64,000 nt of DNA, taken from positions 145,769,741-145,833,740 of the forward strand of contig CM041465.1 in the NCBI GenBank assembly GCA_023213395.1, in the 5' to 3' direction. The notes beneath the pieces are model-generated. The model had not been told where the DNA came from, made no database searches, and worked only from the letters and a program-made list of their open reading frames with translations. Shown in pieces: positions 61,317 to 64,000 of this stretch. The translations under genes were made by a program, and so were the position numbers. Position 1 is the first letter of the stretch. The number at the start of each line of letters is the position of its first letter. This stretch comes from Cycas panzhihuaensis. Taxonomy: Eukaryota; Plantae; Cycadophyta.

Positions 61317-64000
61317 TGTTAGAAAATTGACTTGGACAGAAAAGAAGATCAGAACTTGTTATTACATGGAGTCTCATTCCTCTTAAATACACATCAGTGA
61401 GATGACCGTTATAAAATAGAAATGTAACTGACCTACATGAGGCTGCCAAGTGTCACAATTCCTATTTGGAGTTACATTTAAGGGGTGAGTCAACATGACC
61501 CCTCTTTGTCTAGATAAAACATTATATTTTAACACCCTCTCTTAATGTTTTATCTCCAGTAACCCTAGTTTGTTTCTTAGATATTGAAATCTTTCTTTTC
61601 CAAGAGATTTTATCAGAAGATCTGCAACTTATTCTGAAGACGAACAATATTCTAGGTCAATTTCCTTGTTGTGTACTTCCTCCCTTATGAAATGATGATG
61701 AACTTCTATATGCTTGGTTCTTGCATGAAAGACTAGATTTTTAGTCAGTTTGATGGTGCTTTGATTATCACATTTGAGAGGAGTTGCTTCTTTCTATTGT
61801 TGTTCTAAATCAAACAGAAGTTGTCTTAGTCAGACACTTTTGCATGTTGCTGCAGTGGTTGCTTTGTATTCTGCTTTAGTGGAAGACAATGCAACAGTGG
61901 CTTGCTTCTTGCTACACCATGATATTGCTGAAGGACCTAGAAAGAAACAGTATCCACTCGTGGACTTTCTTTGTTCCTGTCTCACGCCTGATCAAGTCGC
62001 AGTATCCCAACAATTTTGCTGAACCTCCTTTTGGATACACCAATTTCATATTTATGGTACCCTTAAGATATCTCAGAATTCCTTTTATGGCCTTCCAGTG
62101 TCTTAATTTTGGATTCTGCATATATCTGGACACAAGTCCAACTAAGTAAGATATGTCGTCCGTTGTCAGGTAGATTAGACTTCTGATCATTTGTCTGTAC
62201 AGAGTGATATTTGCTCCTTCTTCCATTTCATCTGCTATTAATTCACAATTTGTCTCCATGGGTGTGGCGCAGGGATTGCAGTTTTCCATTTGGAATCTGA
62301 TAAGTAGACTTTTGATGTATTTACTCTGGGATAGAGTTATATAATTCTGTTGTTGTCCTATCTCCAGACCCAGGTAGTAATTCAAAAGACCTAGGTCTGT
62401 CATCTCAAACTTTTGTTGAAGTTGTTCTTTTATGTCTTCAGAGCCTTCGTTATCACTACCAGTGACTAGCATATCATCAACATAAACAACAATTATTGTG
62501 ACTTTGCCCTCCTTTTTCCTTATGTACAGACCGGGGTCTGAATCACAATGTTCAAAGTTGTTTTCTTTCAGAAAACGATCCAGTTTGGCATATCTGGCTC
62601 GAGGAGCTTGTTTCAGTCTGTATAGTGCCTTTTTCAGTTTGCACACTAGATTCTCTTGTTCTTCTTTAACGTATCTCTCAGGCTGTTTCATGTAGACCTC
62701 TTCTTCCAGTTCTCCATTAAAAAAAAAACACTCTTTACATCTAGTTGAAAGATTTTCCAGTTTTGAGTTGCAGTTAGAGCAATCACTGTTCTTACTGTAT
62801 TCATTTTGGCAACAGGAGAGAAAGTTTCATCAAAGTCTACTCCGACTGTTTGGGTGTATCCTTTTGCAACCAATCTAGCCTTATATTTTTCTATTTTGCC
62901 ATTTAGCACTTCTTTAGTCTTGTAGACCCATTTACAACCGACATGATTTATTGACCGTAATTCTACCAATTCCCATGTCTCGATTTCTTTTGATTGAGTC
63001 CATTTCATTATCCATGGTCGCTTTTCCATACCGTTTCTTCTTGGGCTTCGAAATGTTCGAGGTTCAACCTTGGTTAACAAGGCTCTAGCTTTTTGACTTC
63101 TTGTTTTGTGTTCCATTACATTACCTTGTCCTTCCTCAATTGTTTTAATGTACCATCCGGCGCTTCTTTTGTTTTTGTGCGGCCTCTTCAAGCACCAAGT
63201 TCTTCCTGATTGACAGCTTTCATCCGCCGATTGATTTATTATCACTGCTTGGCTTTGGATGTAGGAAGAGAAATTGAAACTTCCTCTGTTGTTGCCTCAG
63301 CAGCAGGTTCTTCCTCAATTTCTTGATTGATCTCTGTAATTTCCTGTTCGGCAACCTTTTCTCCTTCGTCAACTGTTCTATTTTGTCCAGGTTCACTATC
63401 TCCTTCATTAAAAACTACATCTCTACTCACATAGATTTTGTTGGTTCTAGGATCTATGCATTTGTAGGCCTTTGAATTTTTATTATATCCTATCATAATA
63501 CATTCTATGCTTTTTGCATCTAATTTAGACCTTTTTTTATTTGGTATATGAACAAAGGCTTGACTCCCAAAAACTTTGAGTGAACTTACATCAGGTTTTC
63601 TGCCCGTCCAAGCTTCTTCTAGAGTGATATTTTTTAAGGTCTTTGTTGGACACTGATTTATGAGATAAGATGCTGTACTCACTGCTTCCGCCCAATAGTT
63701 TTTTGGTACACCTTTTTCATAGACCATGCTTCTTGCCATTTCCATTAAGGTTTTGTTTTTTCTTTCTGCTACGCCATTTGATTGTGGTGTGTATGGAGTT
63801 GTAACCTGTTTGCGGATTCCGTGAATTTTGCAGTAGTTCTGGAACTCTTTTGATATATATTCACCTCCTCCATCTGACCGAATGCATTTAATTTTTGCTT
63901 CTGCCTCTATTTCTGCTTCTGCTTTGAACTCTTTAAATATTTCAAAAACTTTTGATTTGTAGTGGAGAAAGTAGACCCATACCTTTCGAGTAAAATCGTC
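61317..64000 (-). mobile_element. Ty1/copia element, 3' half (integrase, RT, RNaseH, 3' LTR 61317-61534)
   Basis: [51 protein letters not shown]; PPT next to the LTR. Confidence 0.95.

Larger units (their letters stand above)
22184..64000 (+). other. Probable giant intron of BPG2 (GC donor), filled with nested TEs
   Basis: GC-donor consensus at 22184 and T-rich sequence after it; no recognisable BPG2 C-terminal exon (expected to begin xGQ..H.GGL.RLD) in the ORF track. Confidence 0.6.

Overview
Plant nuclear DNA, probably from a large-genome seed plant such as a gymnosperm (inferred from the apparent giant TE-filled intron and ancient decayed elements). One clear host gene is present: exon 1 of a chloroplast-targeted YqeH-type circularly permuted GTPase (BPG2 family, 20750-22183, +). 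It ends at a probable GC splice donor, and I could not find exon 2 in the remaining ~42 kb. Nearly everything else is stacked, nested and decayed retroelements: three L1-clade LINEs (one full length with TSD), several Ty1/copia and Ty3/gypsy elements, a solo LTR, a ~312-bp tandem array and several local duplications. Most notable: (i) a 3.9-kb LTR element (42784-46682; perfect TSD, PBS, PPT) with no recognisable retroelement genes, carrying serially captured host mRNA pieces (DUF1677, near full-length intronless PRA1.A, eEF1A); (ii) a defective copia carrying a captured ADP-ribose macrodomain fragment; (iii) two diverged members of an RT/RNaseH/integrase-less gag-protease gypsy family with a tRNA-Glu-like PBS, an atypical PPT and, in one copy, an extra ORF. 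Family assignments come from my recall of motifs, not from database searches.
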